DNA of 64,000 nt from contig NC_087437.1 of assembly GCF_036321535.1 (NCBI RefSeq), positions 58,778,001 through 58,842,000 of the forward strand, written 5' to 3'. Under the pieces are notes generated by a model, which saw only the letters and a program-made list of their open reading frames with translations, was not told the origin of the DNA and searched no databases. This document shows positions 62,871 to 64,000 of the stretch, piece after piece (positions within the stretch are counted from its first letter, which is position 1; each line of letters starts with the position of its first letter). Origin of the DNA: Camelus dromedarius (lineage: Eukaryota). The position numbers and the translations under genes are program-made.

Positions 62871-63348
62871 CATCTGATCTCTTTACATTTTATATGTAGA
62901 AAAGTCAGGCCCTTCTCTTTGTGATAGAATTAAACCTCTTTGGGAAAAAAAAAAATTCATGATTTATCTAAATGTTTAAAGTGAGGTTTAACAAAAGTAG
63001 GACCATACATAAGCTAGGAGATGATCACATGCTCCAAGGTTCCTCCCCAGCTATTTCCTTCCGTCCTATACAATTTCTCTCACCCTTCATTACCCAACAC
63101 TGAGGCTGCTGACTTTTGCCAAACATACCTCTGGCCATCCCCTCAGGGCTGGTCCCTCCTTGTGACCTGCCTCCACAAATGCCAGCCTTGGTGGAATGAC
63201 CACATCAGGCCTCTTCCTTCTTCCTTGTGTCAAACTCGTCCCTCTGCAAACTGCTCATAAGAATTGCCTAGAGCCAACTTTCCAGGGCTTCATGAGCACT
63301 GAAGTCTGCACTTGGCCCTACACATCCTGGGCTCAGTAAGCTCAAGGG

Positions 63349-63356
63349 GTGTGTGT

Positions 63357-63390
<34 letters not shown>

Positions 63391-63407
63391 TATGTGTGTG
63401 TGTGTGT
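63349..63407. repeat. Interrupted (TG)n microsatellite
   Basis: About 60 bp of TG units with a few TA interruptions. Confidence 0.95.
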
Positions 63408-63435
63408 TTGTATGGTTATAAATATCTCCTGCTTT

Positions 63436-64000
63436 CCCCAATGTTCACAGCAGCACTATTTACAATAGCCAAGACATGGAACAACCTAAATGTCCATCGA
63501 TAGATGACTGGATAAAGAAGTTGTGGTATATTTATGCAATGGAATACTACTTAGCCATAAAAAATAATAAAATAATGCCACTTGCAGCAACATGGATGGC
63601 CCTGGAGAATGTCGTTCTAAGTGAAATAAGCCAGAAAGAGAAAGAAAAATACCATATGATATCACTCATATGTGGAATCTAAAAAAAAAAAAAAAAAAAA
63701 AGCCAAATGAACTTATATATAAAACAGAAACAGACTCACAGATATAGAAAACAAACTTATGGCTACCAGAGAAGAGAGGGGTGGGAAGGGATAAACTGAG
63801 AGTTTGAGATTTGCAGATACTGACTCGTATATATAAAATAGATAAACAAGTTTATTCTGTATAGCACAGGGAACTATATTCGATATCTTGTAGTAGCTTA
63901 TGGTGAAAAAGAATATGAAAACAAATATCTGTATATTCATGTATGACTGAAGCATTGTGATGTACACCAGAAATTGACACAACATTGTAAACTGACTATA
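63436..64000 (+). mobile_element. Young cetartiodactyl-type L1 3' end (ORF2 C-terminus and 3' UTR), running off the window
   Basis: [14 protein letters not shown] / QPKCPSIDDWIKKLWYIYAMEYYLAIKNNKIMPLAATWMALENVVLSEISQKEKEKYHMISLICGI* with a 1-nt frameshift near 63480; 3' UTR CTGTATAGCACAGGGAACTATATT. Confidence 0.96.

Noticed and set aside
1..64000. CRISPR arrays, operons or other prokaryotic-type systems; known miRNA or snoRNA genes
   Set aside because: The sequence is mammalian. I saw no regularly spaced repeat-spacer array and no mature miRNA sequence I recognise. An Rfam/miRBase search would be needed to exclude small RNAs formally.

Overview
This window is mammalian (eutherian) non-coding DNA, most likely from a camelid or another cetartiodactyl. 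That inference rests on four copies of a short tRNA-derived SINE resembling the camelid Vic-1 type and on the 3' UTR of the youngest L1 copies. I found no recognisable protein-coding exon, tRNA, rRNA or known miRNA. The supplied ORFs are chance ORFs or pieces of transposons (L1 ORF2 C-termini, ERV-L protease and RT remnants). Much of the window is interspersed repeat: L1, L2, L3/CR1, MIR, MER5/MER58/MER3 hAT elements, MaLR and ERVL LTRs, and a decayed ERV-L provirus at about 34.0-38.0 kb. Several nested insertions still show target-site duplications. Between the repeats are unique stretches that look regulatory: a CRE cluster at about 11.1-12.4 kb, a GATA/E-box cluster at about 15.5-15.9 kb, a GRHL+octamer pair at about 21.1 kb, an ARE/AP-1 element with a perfect 23-bp duplication at about 31.3 kb, and a GC-rich candidate promoter/first exon at about 46.4-46.9 kb. 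I do not see convincing evidence for a new biological system. The best leads are the candidate unannotated + strand transcript starting near 46.8 kb and the candidate enhancers. Repeat subfamily names and boundaries were assigned by eye from remembered consensus sequences and are approximate.
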